This document shows positions 46,810 to 59,037 of a stretch of 64,000 bases of DNA, piece after piece. The stretch is taken from the NCBI RefSeq assembly GCF_041146345.1, contig NW_027191411.1:806001-870000 (forward strand). Reading direction: 5' to 3'. Every line of letters begins with the position of its first letter. Position 1 is the stretch's first letter. Position numbers and translations under genes: made by a program. Source of the stretch: Neodothiora populina. Taxonomy: Eukaryota. The notes beneath the pieces are model-generated. The model worked only from the letters and a program-made list of their open reading frames with translations, made no database searches and was not told the origin of the DNA.

Positions 46810-49431
46810 ATGGACAGGGTAACGACCTACGACGACGACAACGTGTCCAACTTTTCCGACTTGAGCTCCCTGGGCAGCGCCTCTGACGAATTCGGCCGCA
46901 AACTGCTACAGCACACCAGAGATGCTCAGCGCATTAACAATGTCCTGGCCAATCAGCCACATGCCTTTAGGAAAGCGAGGCCGAGTCCGAGGATAGCATT
47001 GACCCTCGACAACCTTTCGCAAAGCAACCTCGAATACGCTGGACGAGGTGCGGGTGATGCAGAGGCAGGACGCGACGCGCCCAGTGTCGTCAGCAGTAAC
47101 GCCTCGGATCCGCCGCTGAATGTACCCAGGGAATGGGGCAGGAAAGGAAAGCGCAGTGCCAGCTGGCTGCGGCGCATACGTCGGGAGGATGGAGTTCCCA
47201 ATGCTGGAGGACAGGATGATGTTCATCAGTCGCATGCACCAGGTCTGGCCGCTGGCGATCAGAATCTCGACATCGACTGGCTCGCTGCGGCAGATCATCC
47301 TGCGTCTCCACTCGGAGCCCCATTAAGACACGTATCTACACCACCGTCTGCGCATCGACAGAACGATGCTCTGGAAAACATTCGAGAATGGGAAGCCGAC
47401 CAGGACCTTACCGCTGCTTCTTTGTTGGCATCTACTCCAGCTCTGCCGTCGAGGAGCAGGCGCGCAATCGATGAGATCCGTCAATTGGAATTGGAAAGTG
47501 TAGAGAAGCGAGCTTCTTCACTTGACCATCAGCCATCTATCTGGGATCAAACGCCATCTGACGCACCACGTAGGCGCACCGTCAGCGAGAGACAGGACAC
47601 AGCCATCAACGGGCCCGCCGCACCCCTGGCCATGTCGGAAAGCACACGTTCGATTTCGGAGACCACGAGGACTCGAAGACCTCTCTCGTATCGTCAGAGC
47701 CTATCACATGACAAAGAAAACAGACCTTTCGGCTCGTCCAGACGTGCCACCAGCCCGCCGAAGGACGCGACCTCCACTGCAGCAGCCAATGCTGTTCAAG
47801 CACAGAACATTCCGAGAAGTAACGAAAGGCCGCAAAGTCAGAGACGGGTCGATTCCATGGCATTGCTCAAGAGGCTAGCCAGGGCATCGAGTAATTCGCC
47901 GAGTCCGACTTCTGCACGACAGGCTTCGGAAGCTACCATGGCGCAGAAGTCGGACAACTCCCCGACTCCTCAAGAGGCTGACGCGCGGAGGAGTGTAAAG
48001 GACCTGACGGACACGATCAAGGGTGACGCAACGCCTCGAAATGAACTCGGGCGAGCGCAGTCTGTGAATGCAAGGCATAGCCGATCTGAACGACCTCCTG
48101 CACAAACACCTATAGTGACAGGGGCCTGGGTCGATGCCCCTCGCACCGCGAAACGTATAGCGAACGAAGAGAGAACAACAGAAACGAAACCACGAAGAAG
48201 GAGCGAGCCGATTTTGCCCACATCGGCTCTCGCCGCGGTACTAGAAGATATGCGAGAGCATAAGCAACGATCTGACGACGATCCGACACTCGGTGACTCT
48301 ACCATCGCTTCTCTAGAAGGACTCATGAATCCCGCTGGCGACGATCCAACCATTTCATTTGACGTTCCTGACTCTGTACTTCGAGAATCGCAGCGACAGT
48401 CACATGAAAGACGACCGAGTGATGATATAGACGTGAAACCAACGACACAAGCGGAGCGTGATCGGCGACAGGAAGATCTGGCTCTAGAAGCATTAGGAGG
48501 CAGACTCGAGTCCGCGCGATCAAGCATTCACGAGGCGAGAAGAGGATTGAGACGAGCGGCTCACCATGTCCACGACATTGACACTTCATCTTTTGTCGCT
48601 GGCGACGACGACAACAACAACAACGACTTGTTACCTCTCTCCTCTTCTTCCTCGCAGCAGCATCAACACAGCAACAGCAACGGCTCCAACCACTGCACTC
48701 TCTACGGCACGCAATCCAACAGTATCCTCAAAGGCGCGTGGGACGAATACTGGAGCCTATACCTGCACCGGCCCATATCCTCATCTTCTCCTTCCAATCC
48801 CACAACCAAAAACAAAAACCGCTCCCGCTTCAAATCCACCCAAAAGACCTACCCCTTCCTCCCCAACCTCCGCCTGACAACCCTCGGCCTCCTCTGTCTT
48901 CTCTTCTGGACCTGGCTAGCGACGGAAACAACACTCTGCTCACTTTACTGCCACCCGACGTACGCGCGCACAATGCACGGCTACGGCGTCGATCCGCTTG
49001 CGCCGCGCTTTCCGACCGTGCTGCCTAGTCTTGTCGCCAGACCTTTCAGGACGGTGTGGAGGGTTCTGGGCGCCGAAGAGGAGGAGGAAAGATATAACGC
49101 CGCTGTCACTGCTGCTGTTCTTCACGGCGCGGGGAAAAGGCGGTCGTGGTTGAGGGGGTTTTCTTTCCTTGCCCCTTTTTCTTCTTCGGCTGTATCTGCA
49201 AAGTCTCGAGCTGCCGAGGGAGGAGTAGGGAAAGTCAAGAGGATGAACGCCTGGGACAGCGGACAGAAAGCCTGGGAAGCAGACGAGGACGGAGAGGAGA
49301 AAGTCGAGTATTCGTGGGTAAGTAGCGGCAGCGGCAGTGACAGTTCAGTAAGAAGAGGAGGAAGAAACGGCGGGAGAGAAGAAGAGCGGATTCTGGACTC
49401 GGAGAGCATGCTCGACGATGAATTCGTTTAG
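46810..49431 (+). CDS. Hypothetical 873-aa largely disordered protein with a coiled-coil and one TM segment near the C-terminus
   Basis: Long intronless ORF with PPLNVPREWGRKG..WLRRI and TM LTTLGLLCLLFWTWLA followed by CSLYCHP..YGVDP..PRFP. Confidence 0.8.
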   Translation: MDRVTTYDDDNVSNFSDLSSLGSASDEFGRKLLQHTRDAQRINNVLANQPHAFRKARPSPRIALTLDNLSQSNLEYAGRGAGDAEAGRDAPSVVSSNASDPPLNVPREWGRKGKRSASWLRRIRREDGVPNAGGQDDVHQSHAPGLAAGDQNLDIDWLAAADHPASPLGAPLRHVSTPPSAHRQNDALENIREWEADQDLTAASLLASTPALPSRSRRAIDEIRQLELESVEKRASSLDHQPSIWDQTPSDAPRRRTVSERQDTAINGPAAPLAMSESTRSISETTRTRRPLSYRQSLSHDKENRPFGSSRRATSPPKDATSTAAANAVQAQNIPRSNERPQSQRRVDSMALLKRLARASSNSPSPTSARQASEATMAQKSDNSPTPQEADARRSVKDLTDTIKGDATPRNELGRAQSVNARHSRSERPPAQTPIVTGAWVDAPRTAKRIANEERTTETKPRRRSEPILPTSALAAVLEDMREHKQRSDDDPTLGDSTIASLEGLMNPAGDDPTISFDVPDSVLRESQRQSHERRPSDDIDVKPTTQAERDRRQEDLALEALGGRLESARSSIHEARRGLRRAAHHVHDIDTSSFVAGDDDNNNNDLLPLSSSSSQQHQHSNSNGSNHCTLYGTQSNSILKGAWDEYWSLYLHRPISSSSPSNPTTKNKNRSRFKSTQKTYPFLPNLRLTTLGLLCLLFWTWLATETTLCSLYCHPTYARTMHGYGVDPLAPRFPTVLPSLVARPFRTVWRVLGAEEEEERYNAAVTAAVLHGAGKRRSWLRGFSFLAPFSSSAVSAKSRAAEGGVGKVKRMNAWDSGQKAWEADEDGEEKVEYSWVSSGSGSDSSVRRGGRNGGREEERILDSESMLDDEFV

Positions 49432-50257
49432 CCACCCAACCCTCCTCTTCGTTTTTGCATGTCTGGAAGACTGTCTACCGCGCCATTTTGGATTCCCAGC
49501 GCGGAGAGAGGATAAAGGACGGAGTCTTCGTATTTGGATACGTACCCTAGCTATTTTACATTCCTAGAGCTGAATAGGATCGCAAAAGCCAATAGTATAT
49601 CATCTTCTTTATTGGGGGTGGTCTGACTGATTATTGGCGATATGATTGGTCTATCAATGGTTGACACCCATATCTCTCTGTCCCTTTTTCCTTTTTGTTT
49701 TGGGTGGGTGGTGTAGGGGTTTACATAAACAGAATACCGAACAGAGAAACGAACGAGAGGGAGCAGGAAAAGAAAACATCTTAAAAGCAGAGAAAAGACA
49801 ATTGGAAAGCTTCTGAGCCGTGAACAATCAGAGAATCGATGATTCGTCTCTCGTTGTATTCTTAGTAGATAGCGAATGGAATAGAGCGTAGTATAGCATA
49901 TTATAGCACGACAGAACAGAATAGATAATATCAAACTTCTGTCTATCGTCTCAAGATCGAATGCAGGCACGCAGCGAGGCGTATTGAGCAGGCAGAGTGA
50001 GATATGGGGGGAGAGAGAGACGAAGAATACCATGATTGATTCGTGAATACGTATACATCGATTACAAAATTTTGTGCAGCTTTCTCGCTCCATCATGTGT
50101 CATGTGTCAAAGTCCATCATGCGGAGGTAGTAACAATTCATGTCATTGTGCCCAGCAATTCCTCATAATACATAGAAGATAACAAGCAACACAAAAAGAG
50201 GAAGGCACGCTATTGAAGAAGCCTGACATCCTAAGCCCTCTTTCCACTTCAACTCGA

Positions 50258-50755
50258 TCAAAACCCAGTCTTCTCATTCGCCCTGTCGGCTCTCGAGTCC
50301 ATCTCTTTGTTATGCTGCTTGACATCACTGCTCTGATCCTTGGGGTCCGGAGGCGACTCGCTGAAGATTTTGGGCTGCGCACTGTCTTTGCCCGCCGCCT
50401 TCTTGCTGTCCGACTTGCTCTTGTCGGTGCTCTCACTGCTGCTGCTGCTGCTGCTGCTGCTCTCGCTGTTCGACGCAGCGGTCGAAGATGCTGACGGCGA
50501 CTTGTCGCTCGTGTCTCCCTTTCCGACAGAAGGCGCAGGAGGACCCGGGTGCTCGAGGTCTGACCGCGGGTTCTTGCCCTGGGCTTGAGGGTCTTCGCCC
50601 TTTGGGTCGCCTGCGCCTGAGCCGTAGTCTTGGGTTGCCAGGCTGCGAGGGTATGACGTGAAGGTACGTGTTGACAGCCCTGATACTGCTGGTGCTGCAG
50701 TGGCAGCGGTGCGGCGCACAAAGAATGGTGCGAGGATGGTGCGTGTCAGAGACAT
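50258..50755 (-). CDS. Small hydrophilic protein with a probable mitochondrial presequence, 165 aa
   Basis: Arg/Thr/Ala-rich, acid-free N-terminus, then DYGSGAGDPKGEDPQAQG..DLEHPGPPAP, poly-S and DVKQHNKEM. Confidence 0.75.
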   Translation of the reverse strand: MSLTRTILAPFFVRRTAATAAPAVSGLSTRTFTSYPRSLATQDYGSGAGDPKGEDPQAQGKNPRSDLEHPGPPAPSVGKGDTSDKSPSASSTAASNSESSSSSSSSSESTDKSKSDSKKAAGKDSAQPKIFSESPPDPKDQSSDVKQHNKEMDSRADRANEKTGF

Positions 50756-51457
50756 GATCTTTGTGATGTTTAGTCGAGGGGCTGGATTAGAAACGAGATT
50801 GGAATCGATTGCTTGATCGATTGTTTGTGTTGGGTTGCTTGTGATTCAGATACGATCGGCTCTCGAATATCGAAGTCGATGGGATGGGATTTTAGTTTCA
50901 AACAGGAAGGTGCAGTATTTGGAGGCATAGCGTCTTATGTACTATCACGTACCTTCCCTTACCTACCTACCTACAGTACCTTACCTTGCATGCGTGCATG
51001 ACGATACATCTCGTAGCTCTCCCCACAAAACGTCATGTTGTCTGTGCTTCTTTCATGCAAAACTGGCGTCTCTAGGACAAACACAGTTGGGGAAGTGGCT
51101 TTTGCGAAAACGAGGGATAGGTCTTGGCAGATAACAGAACTGGCCAAGGTATCAGAACGGTGCCAGATGTATTCTGCATGTCCCACAGCCGAGCAACAAG
51201 AGAGGGTGGAAAATTGGAAGTAATGAACTAAAAGAAAATAGGATTCCTCATACTCCGACACGGAAATGTCTTCTACCTGCCATCTATGCGACATCCTTCT
51301 TGTCTGTCTACTATCTGTGTCGAGTGACCTTTCCCAGGCAAATTCTTTTGCGTACCCAAGACTTGCATCTTCGGGCTAAGAGGCAGCTATAATTCGTAAG
51401 GGGAACAGGGCCTACCGTATCGAATTGACTGCATTATGAGACCCGTAACGTGACTTT

Positions 51458-52904
51458 CTACCGTGTGATCATAGCCTCGCGAGCAGGGCCAGTACCGATC
51501 CACTTGACGCCAACACCAGTGAATTCCTCGACAAACTCAATGTACTTCTTGGTGTTCTCAGGAAGCTCTTGGTAGGTCTTGATGCCAGTGGTGCTGGTCT
51601 TCCATCCTGGGAAAGTCTTGTAGACAGGCTCGACCTTAGAAAGAGCATCTAGAGTCGCAGGGAACGATGGTAGATCTTGACCGTTGAGCTTGTAGCCGAT
51701 GCAGACCTTGAGCTCCTCGAATTCGTCAAGGATGTCCAACTTGGTCAGGTTCCAGCAAGTGTAGTGGTTGATGGCGTTGGAGTACTTGATGAGCACAAGA
51801 TCAAGCCATCCACAACGACGTCTGCGACCGGTGGTGACACCGAATTCGCGGCCAACTTCTTGTAGCGTCTCGCCGACCTTGTTCAGCTGCTCAGTCGGGA
51901 AAGGTCCACCGCCAACTCTGGTCTGGTATGCTTTTATTACACCAATTACTTCCTTGAGCTTGAAGGGTGAGATGGCAAGGCCAGTGAAGACGCCACCGAT
52001 ACCAGTGTTGGAAGAGGTGACCATGGGGTAAGTGCCCCAATCGATGTCCAGAAGGAGAGCGTTGGCACCCTCAATGAGCATAGGGGTGTTGTTTTGCTCT
52101 GCGCTCTGGACGAGAGGGACCTGGTCGATGACATACTGGGCCAGACGAGGACGCCATTCGTCGTACCTCTTGATCTCGGCCTCGACATCATACTGCAAGA
52201 GATCGCCGAAGCGCTTCTTGTAGGCTGTTGCCATGGACCTCAACTTGGCGTCCATGTGCTCCTTGTCGAAGATCTCACCGACACGAAGACCGGATCGCGC
52301 GGCCTTGTTCTGGTAGCATGGGCCGATACCCTTCTTGGTGGTGCCGACGGCCTTACCGCCGAGCTCGACCTCCTCGAGTCCATCGACCAAAGCGTGAAGC
52401 TCGAAAAGGGCGTGGGCGCGGTCGCTGATGAAGATGCGGTCCTTTGTGCTCAAGCCATGCATTTCCAGCTGCTCGAGTTCGTGGAAGAACTGAGGAACAC
52501 TGACGACGCAGGCGCTGCCAATGAGGTTTGTTGAGTCCGGGTTGATCAGGCCAGAGGGCAAGATATGGAAGTCATAGGTGACCTTGTCGACGACAATGGT
52601 GTGACCAGCATTGTGACCACCAGCCGAACGAGCAATGATCTGGAATTGGCGCGAAAGAATGTCGACGAGCTTTCCCTTGCCTATTCAGTAGAGTCCCAGT
52701 CAGCCAGTGTTCAATCTCGCGGAGCAATTTAAACAGAGCCCCGCCAGTCTGGTCCATGGATGGCGGTGTGCTCCGTTCGCTGCTTTGCCATCCAAACATA
52801 GACAGACATGCACACAAACGTACATGCATGCATGTAGGAGTGCGCTCAAAACAACAAAACTCACCCTCGTCGCCAAACTGCGCTCCCAACACGACCGTCG
52901 TCAT
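51458..52904 (-). CDS. ADE12: Adenylosuccinate synthetase. Exons 52904-52865 and 52680-51458
   Basis: GAQFGDEG|KGKLVD, GGHNAGHT, GTTKKGIGP, EGANALLLDID, GVTTGRRRRCGW, TKLD and IGTGP. Confidence 0.97.
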
Positions 52905-53706
52905 GACGCCGTGTGACTAACTTCAGGAATCAAAAAAAGATGATCCTCACCCCACAGAGGAAAGAGATTCCGACTCTAGAACAATCTCTCTTTCAAATTC
53001 CCCTCTCTTTTTCAGAGTGAAGGTAAAAGAGAGAAAAGAAATCCAAAATAAAAAAGAACAACTCACGAAAGAGATTCTTGTTTCTTTTGAATGGAATTGA
53101 GACTCGGTTAAGTGCTGGTTTCAACCAATCGACGGAAACCGAAAAGAGAAAGGAAAGGAGGGGCAGCGGGAGCCTGGGCGGCCGGGACGACTTTCCCTTA
53201 TGACTGTTTCTCAGAGGCTTTGCTGTGACTGCACAAATACGCTATACTGAATCGTACTGCTGTACGCAATTCTTCCCGCTTGGCCAGCTTTCGGGATCAC
53301 ATCGGCGAACGCGGGGGACGATCAATCCTCACTGCCCACTCTGTCTTCCTCCCTGGGTGGGGAATAAACATAAAAAGAGTGTTAATTGCGTGCTGCTGCT
53401 AAAGCGGGACGGGAGTTGTTTCGGCCGTGGGTTTAGCAAACTCGCCAGAACGCAATTGTGTAGCGCACGTTCCATTTCTGTCTCCATAGATTGGTGATAG
53501 CCAAGGTGAATGGACTGTTTGTATGTAATGACTTGAAGTGACAATTACCTTACTGAATCGTCATTGGCTTGCTGGGAATGAGTGAGGCAGGCAGGATTGG
53601 TAGCTAAGGGATGCGGATCACGAGGAGTAAGCGAGAGTCAGGTAAGAAATCTCAAGCAAGTGGTGAATGTCATTGTGACTGTGACGATGAGACAGGAACA
53701 ACAACA

Positions 53707-54925
53707 TCACTGCTTCTTGTCCGCAGCTTGTTCGACAGCCTCCTCAAAGTCCTTGAGAAACATCCACTTTGCCCTCTCCGCCACTCCCTTCTCGAACCAG
53801 TCATTCGCGCTCTTGGGATATACATCGATCACACCCGACAAGCTATCATCATGAGCCAGGACAACAAAAACATTCTCAGCAGCGTCGAATTCCTGTAATC
53901 CTGCGATTGTCCAATTGCATACCTCTAAATCGTACGCAAAGGACTCTGTACAGTTATAGAACGGCTTCGTTGCACTCTTGTCGTAGTGTGCTTCTTGGAG
54001 CAAATGACCGGGACACGGATTGAATTTTGGCAATGGTGATGGCGACAGATTGGCAGGCAGAGGTAGGTATTCGGATGGCCTGATCTCGCCTCCGTGATGG
54101 GATGCGTCTCCGCCCATGATAATGAAAGTGTCTGCTGTCGTCCTCGCCAGTCCACATATGTGAGCCTGAGCATGACCAGGGGTGTCAAGTAAGTAGAAGG
54201 ATCCGTCGCCAAAGTAGTCGTAGGCATTGAAGCGTCCGACTTTCCGACCTGTGCCTACGCTTGCTATGTCGACTTCTCGCACGTCGCGGTCTTCAAAGTC
54301 TTGTTGTAGAAGAGGCGAGTTTTTGTTCTGAGGATACCCGGGTAGATGAGCCTTTTTGAACCCGGGTCCCACTATAAGCTGAGTGCTGGACGGGAACGTC
54401 CCTGCTAGATCTCCCAAGTGGTCCCAGTGGTCTTTCCAACTATGGTCAGTGTACGCACGTTCAGTGTGATTAGATAGGTAAGTAAGACTCACGATGACTC
54501 CAGACGACTGCATCAATGGCACCGCTCTTTACGTTGATACCATCTTCTTGTAATATAGAAGCTACGTTCTTTTTGGCACCTATATCCCACTCCATCTTCT
54601 TGAATTTCTCCACCAGCACAGGAGAATAGTTCTCCCAGTCAGGTCGAACTCCCAGGTCAAACAGTATCCGTTTGCCGGACGAGTGCTGGATGAAGAACGA
54701 GTATGTAGGTCCTGTCATTCGATCCTTTCCTTTGTAATGAGGACCGAGGAATGGGTCCATGGGAATGTTGACCCATGATGTGCTACAAGAATGAGGACTC
54801 GGGACAGTAGAGATACGATGAGATGGTACTTACCTGTCGATTATAGAGACTTTGACAATGCTGTCAGACTGAGGAATATTTAGCAAGGGTGCTGTCTCTG
54901 GTGGTACCAGGTGACCCTGAGCCAT
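53707..54925 (-). CDS. Metallo-beta-lactamase-fold hydrolase (fungal lactamase / AHL-lactonase-like), ~368 aa. Exons 54925-54834, 54782-54493, 54431-53707
   Basis: LFDLG, HxHxDH motif assembled across intron 2 (WSHHHWDH), DYFGDGSFYLLDTPGH, GGDASHH and VLAHD. Confidence 0.88.
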
Positions 54926-56125
54926 CTTATGATTAATTGCGTCTCGAATGGCCTTTATATGTATAGTTATTGTCTATGTATGAAAATGCATTAATGGCAA
55001 TAGGCGATAAGTAAGAGTGTAGATAACGATTAAACTTGAACAACTCAGCAGGAGAATCGGCAGATACTGTAACTGCTTACATGCATGACAATCATTCGAA
55101 AATCAAACAATAGAGATATAGTTTCAACAGCCGCGGCCTCTATGCGTTAATCACGTCAAGATGATTTGATCCCATTACTTTCTTCAACACCGTCCCATGA
55201 TCTGAGTGGACTATATCAGAGCTACCTCATAAGCATCGGGGTATGTGCTGCCCGCCTTTGGTGATGCAGACGTCATCGGCGTTTGACACGGAGTTGGCCT
55301 GTGGTTGTGATGCACCGCATTGACGATTTCTCAAGACTTTTGCAATTCGCCTAGTTCGTCGGCCGTTCAATTTGTTTGCGGCTTGCAGGATCTCCGAGGA
55401 CAACCTTTTCCAAGACACCAACAGAAACGATGTTGTTGTCCTCTAGACTATTATACCTTCGGTCAAACATGTAGACCATGCATGAAATGCTGGTCGCAGC
55501 AGACTTCCAGCCGAGGACGATCGGAACGCATGTTTCGCAAATATGTCTTGCGATGCAGAATTGTGTAAGCCTGTAGTCTTCGACGCTGGTTCGGAACGTT
55601 CCCTGGCGAAGTTTCTTTCGTTATTCGTCTCTCAATATAGCACATCAATCCCCCGCCAAGACAGCAGCAGGTCTATTTCATGTACCTGCTGCAACTGCGT
55701 CTCCTTTTCACTGCGATGGATTCACGGTATACGTCTTTTTGGCGCAGAAGAAAATTACTCGCTCACAATTAAGCCGGAGCACCTTCTTGAGTGTCGACTC
55801 GAAAGGGTCGTCATGGGTGGAAGGGGCTTGACTATGTTTGGACGAACAGTCTCTGTCGTGTTCCTTGAGGTATTGAAGCAAGATTATCGTCTTGTTGTTG
55901 TGTTTTGTATGCGTTTGTATGTCGTCGTAGACCACCTGTGGGCCATCGAATTTGAAGCTAGCTTGGTCGTGGGCGTCTATGGCAAAGCTTCAGTGTTCAG
56001 TCGGTTGCAGCCAGAGCATGTTTCCGAACAAATATCTGCGACCGATTTATAATGCCGCTCGGGGCGATTGTTGTGAATTCTAGTTGACTGGATGTGTCGA
56101 TCTTTGTCTAGAATGCGCCTACAGA

Positions 56126-56668
56126 TTACTTCAAGACGGTATTGGCGCCACGTGCAGCCAAATATTCCTGGACTTGAGTAGTGCTGAGGGTCTTGAGGAC
56201 AGCATAAATTTCGCTGTTGTGATATCTCAAACCTGTCTTGGGATCTTGATAGGGAGCAGGAAGACCGGTAAGATCGCAGTATTTGAGCTTCGGCTTGAAG
56301 CTAGGCGCGGCGGCAATGCTGGTGTATGTATACGAAGGAACAGTGAACGTCTGCTGCGGCTGCATTTGGGCCTGAGTCTGCTGGTTCTGCTGCATGTTCT
56401 TTTCTAGCACGGCGCGCGACAGATCATTCGCGTTCACAGCGTTGGCGTCGGCAGGCAGAGGAGTGGTCGCGCCGCTGTTGTTCTGAGTCGCCAGGAGAGA
56501 TTGCTCCTTGCGCTGAGCCTCGGAGATGACTTGCTTGAGTGTCTTGTTTCGTCGCTGTGGCGGCTTCCAATTGGGGTTGCGAAAGGGCTTGTGGATCTTG
56601 TGCATGTCCAGCTTGTCGAGGAGAGCCATGTGCGTGTTTTCATCTGAGGCCGTGGTGATGGGCGCCAT
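56126..56668 (-). CDS. IES6: INO80 complex subunit Ies6 (YL1-C domain), 180 aa
   Basis: KPFRNP..RRNKTLKQ and YTSIAAAPS..KYCDLTGLPAPYQDPKTGLRYHN...YLAARGANTVLK. Confidence 0.92.
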   Translation of the reverse strand: MAPITTASDENTHMALLDKLDMHKIHKPFRNPNWKPPQRRNKTLKQVISEAQRKEQSLLATQNNSGATTPLPADANAVNANDLSRAVLEKNMQQNQQTQAQMQPQQTFTVPSYTYTSIAAAPSFKPKLKYCDLTGLPAPYQDPKTGLRYHNSEIYAVLKTLSTTQVQEYLAARGANTVLK

Positions 56669-57272
56669 CTTGATTCGGATAGGCGAATCTAGGACGGACG
56701 AACGATGACAGGGAGCTTTGTCGTGTATGAAGGAGTAAGGTAGTATAGGATGCAGATTTTACCCTAATGTGATGATTCAGAAGTGATATCAGTAGCTGCG
56801 CGTACCTTCCTAGTTCCGACAAGCTACAGAGTTACTGCACAGTCAGACCGTATGGCAGGCACACAGTGGAAGAGACCCCAGATTCCTTGGCGTCGACTTC
56901 ACGCTCTGTCAACTCTGCGGTCTGGTCTCTGGGGTTCCCTTTGCCCTTTGGCGTGAGATTAAAGTGTAAGACCAGTGTGACAGAGTGGGAGTGGTAGTAG
57001 TAGACGCTCTGCCCTGAGCCAGGTTGCTGATTGTAAGTAGGTACCTTTGTACCGTAACGTAAGTGTTGCTGTTTCTTGGGTTCAGGTTGTCACTTACAGC
57101 AAAGGTACTACTGTACCTTCCACCACAAGTCTTGGAGCCATCTTGTCGCCTTCCTATCTTACTATCAGTTCATTGCTACCTACCTAATCCACTTTACCTA
57201 ATCCACTTCGATCTACTTGTCCTTTGTTCTTCCCTCTATACAACAACAACAACAACAATAACAAGCGCAAAT

Positions 57273-58121
57273 ATGAAGATCCTCTACATGGGAGTATGCA
57301 TTGCCCCCTCATCTTTCACTCCACTCCCATAACCAGTGACCGCTTTTGTTATAACACAATGCCACGTGCTGACCATACCATCTTTAGATTCTGAAGAACG
57401 AGGAGAAGCCGGCTGTTGAGTTGTGCGCCGAGCGAGACTTGACCAGCTACTCGCGATTCACTCGCACCAGGTAATCCAAGCGCCAATCGAGAGACATTAC
57501 AATAAACATCCCAGTCTAACCATGTCGCTTGTTCCCCTGAGCAGTGTTGGCGAATTCATGTCACTCTTCAGCAAGACGGTAGCCGAGCGCACGAGACCAG
57601 GCGCCCGCCAGGACGTCGAGGAACAGTCCTACACCTTCCACGCCTACGGCCGCAGCGAAGGCGTGGCAGGCATCATCATCACCGACCAAGAATACCCAGC
57701 TCTGGTCGCCCATCAACTTCTCTCCAAGATCCTCGACGAGTTCCTTGCACGCTACCCACGTTCCGCTTTCGCAAACTCAAACGCAGAGTTACCCTTCCCT
57801 CAGTTGAAGGAGTATATCGTCAAATACCAGGATCCTCACGCTGCCGACAGCATCATGAAGATCCAGAAGGAGTTGGATGAGACCAAGATTGTCCTGCACA
57901 AGACCATCGAGAGTGTCTTGGAGAGGGGTGAGAAGATTGATAGTCTGGTGGCCAAGAGTGATAGTCTGAGTAACCAGAGCAAGATGTTCTACACTCAGGT
58001 ATGCATTTGTTTTTCTCCTTTTTGGTCCTGTCGTCGAGGGCCAGGATGTGAAGAGGCGCAGTTTCGCTAACAATCATTGTCACAGGCCAAGAAACAGAAC
58101 TCATGCTGCATTGTTATGTAA
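57273..58121 (+). CDS. YKT6: Longin R-SNARE Ykt6. Exons 57273-57293, 57388-57470, 57545-57998, 58086-58121
   Basis: MKILYMG|ILKN, ADSIMKIQKELDETK, LERGEKIDSLV and the C-terminal CCIVM prenylation motif. Confidence 0.96.
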
Positions 58122-59037
58122 CGCTTTACGAATCAAATAATACCCTGTGTCTTTTTTCCTGCTCGACCCCTACATTGACTTGAAACATACCCTCGTGATG
58201 CTCGGAGGTCTCATCTGAAATACCCACCGTTTTACGTGAATGAAAAGTCAGTCCTAAAGACAGCACCTCAAAACAACCTCCGTGCGACCATCAAGAAATT
58301 TTTGTGGAAGATTCAATATATTGTCATACCGCCTACTAGCTAATCCAGTCCATGGAGAGTGAGACGGAGAGACCAGCCCCGAAAGATGAAAACTTCAGGC
58401 CACCTCTTCGAAATTAAGAGAGAGATACAAAGTAAACAAGCAAAGAAAAGAGGAAAGTCCAAAAAGAAATACCAAGAACTCGGCCGAGAAATAGCGAAGA
58501 AAGTAGAATGAGAATCGGTCAATAGCGAAAGATGAGAGCTTGGAAGATTTGTGAATGAAACAACGAAGAAAAAGCCAGTGGAAAAAATGAACGATTCAAG
58601 GTAACTACTCGAGAAAGAAAAAGAGAGAACCAATAATTTGTCTCCAATAGACGACTTGAAAAGAACGGAATAAATGAGTATATGATGAAAATGCAAAGTA
58701 GAAGAAGATATTCTCTCAATGCCGAAGATCAATACGCGACGCAGCGAGGACGAGCAGACTGTCGGTCGATTGTCCGCGTGCAGATCCTGCATTAGGAACG
58801 CGTGCGGACAGAGATGAAGAGAAGCTGTGGAGTGGTAAACGAAATGATGATGCCGCCGCCGCTACCTAAGAGTGGTGGTGAAACGATACGATGCTATTTG
58901 ACCGCGAAATAGGTGATATAATGGAATAGAACGAAAAAGGCTTGAAATGAAGAACAAACGAGGATCGACGGTTGGAAACGCGAGGGATGAAGAGTATAAA
59001 AAGACACCAGGTCTTCATCAACACCAACGACAAGACA

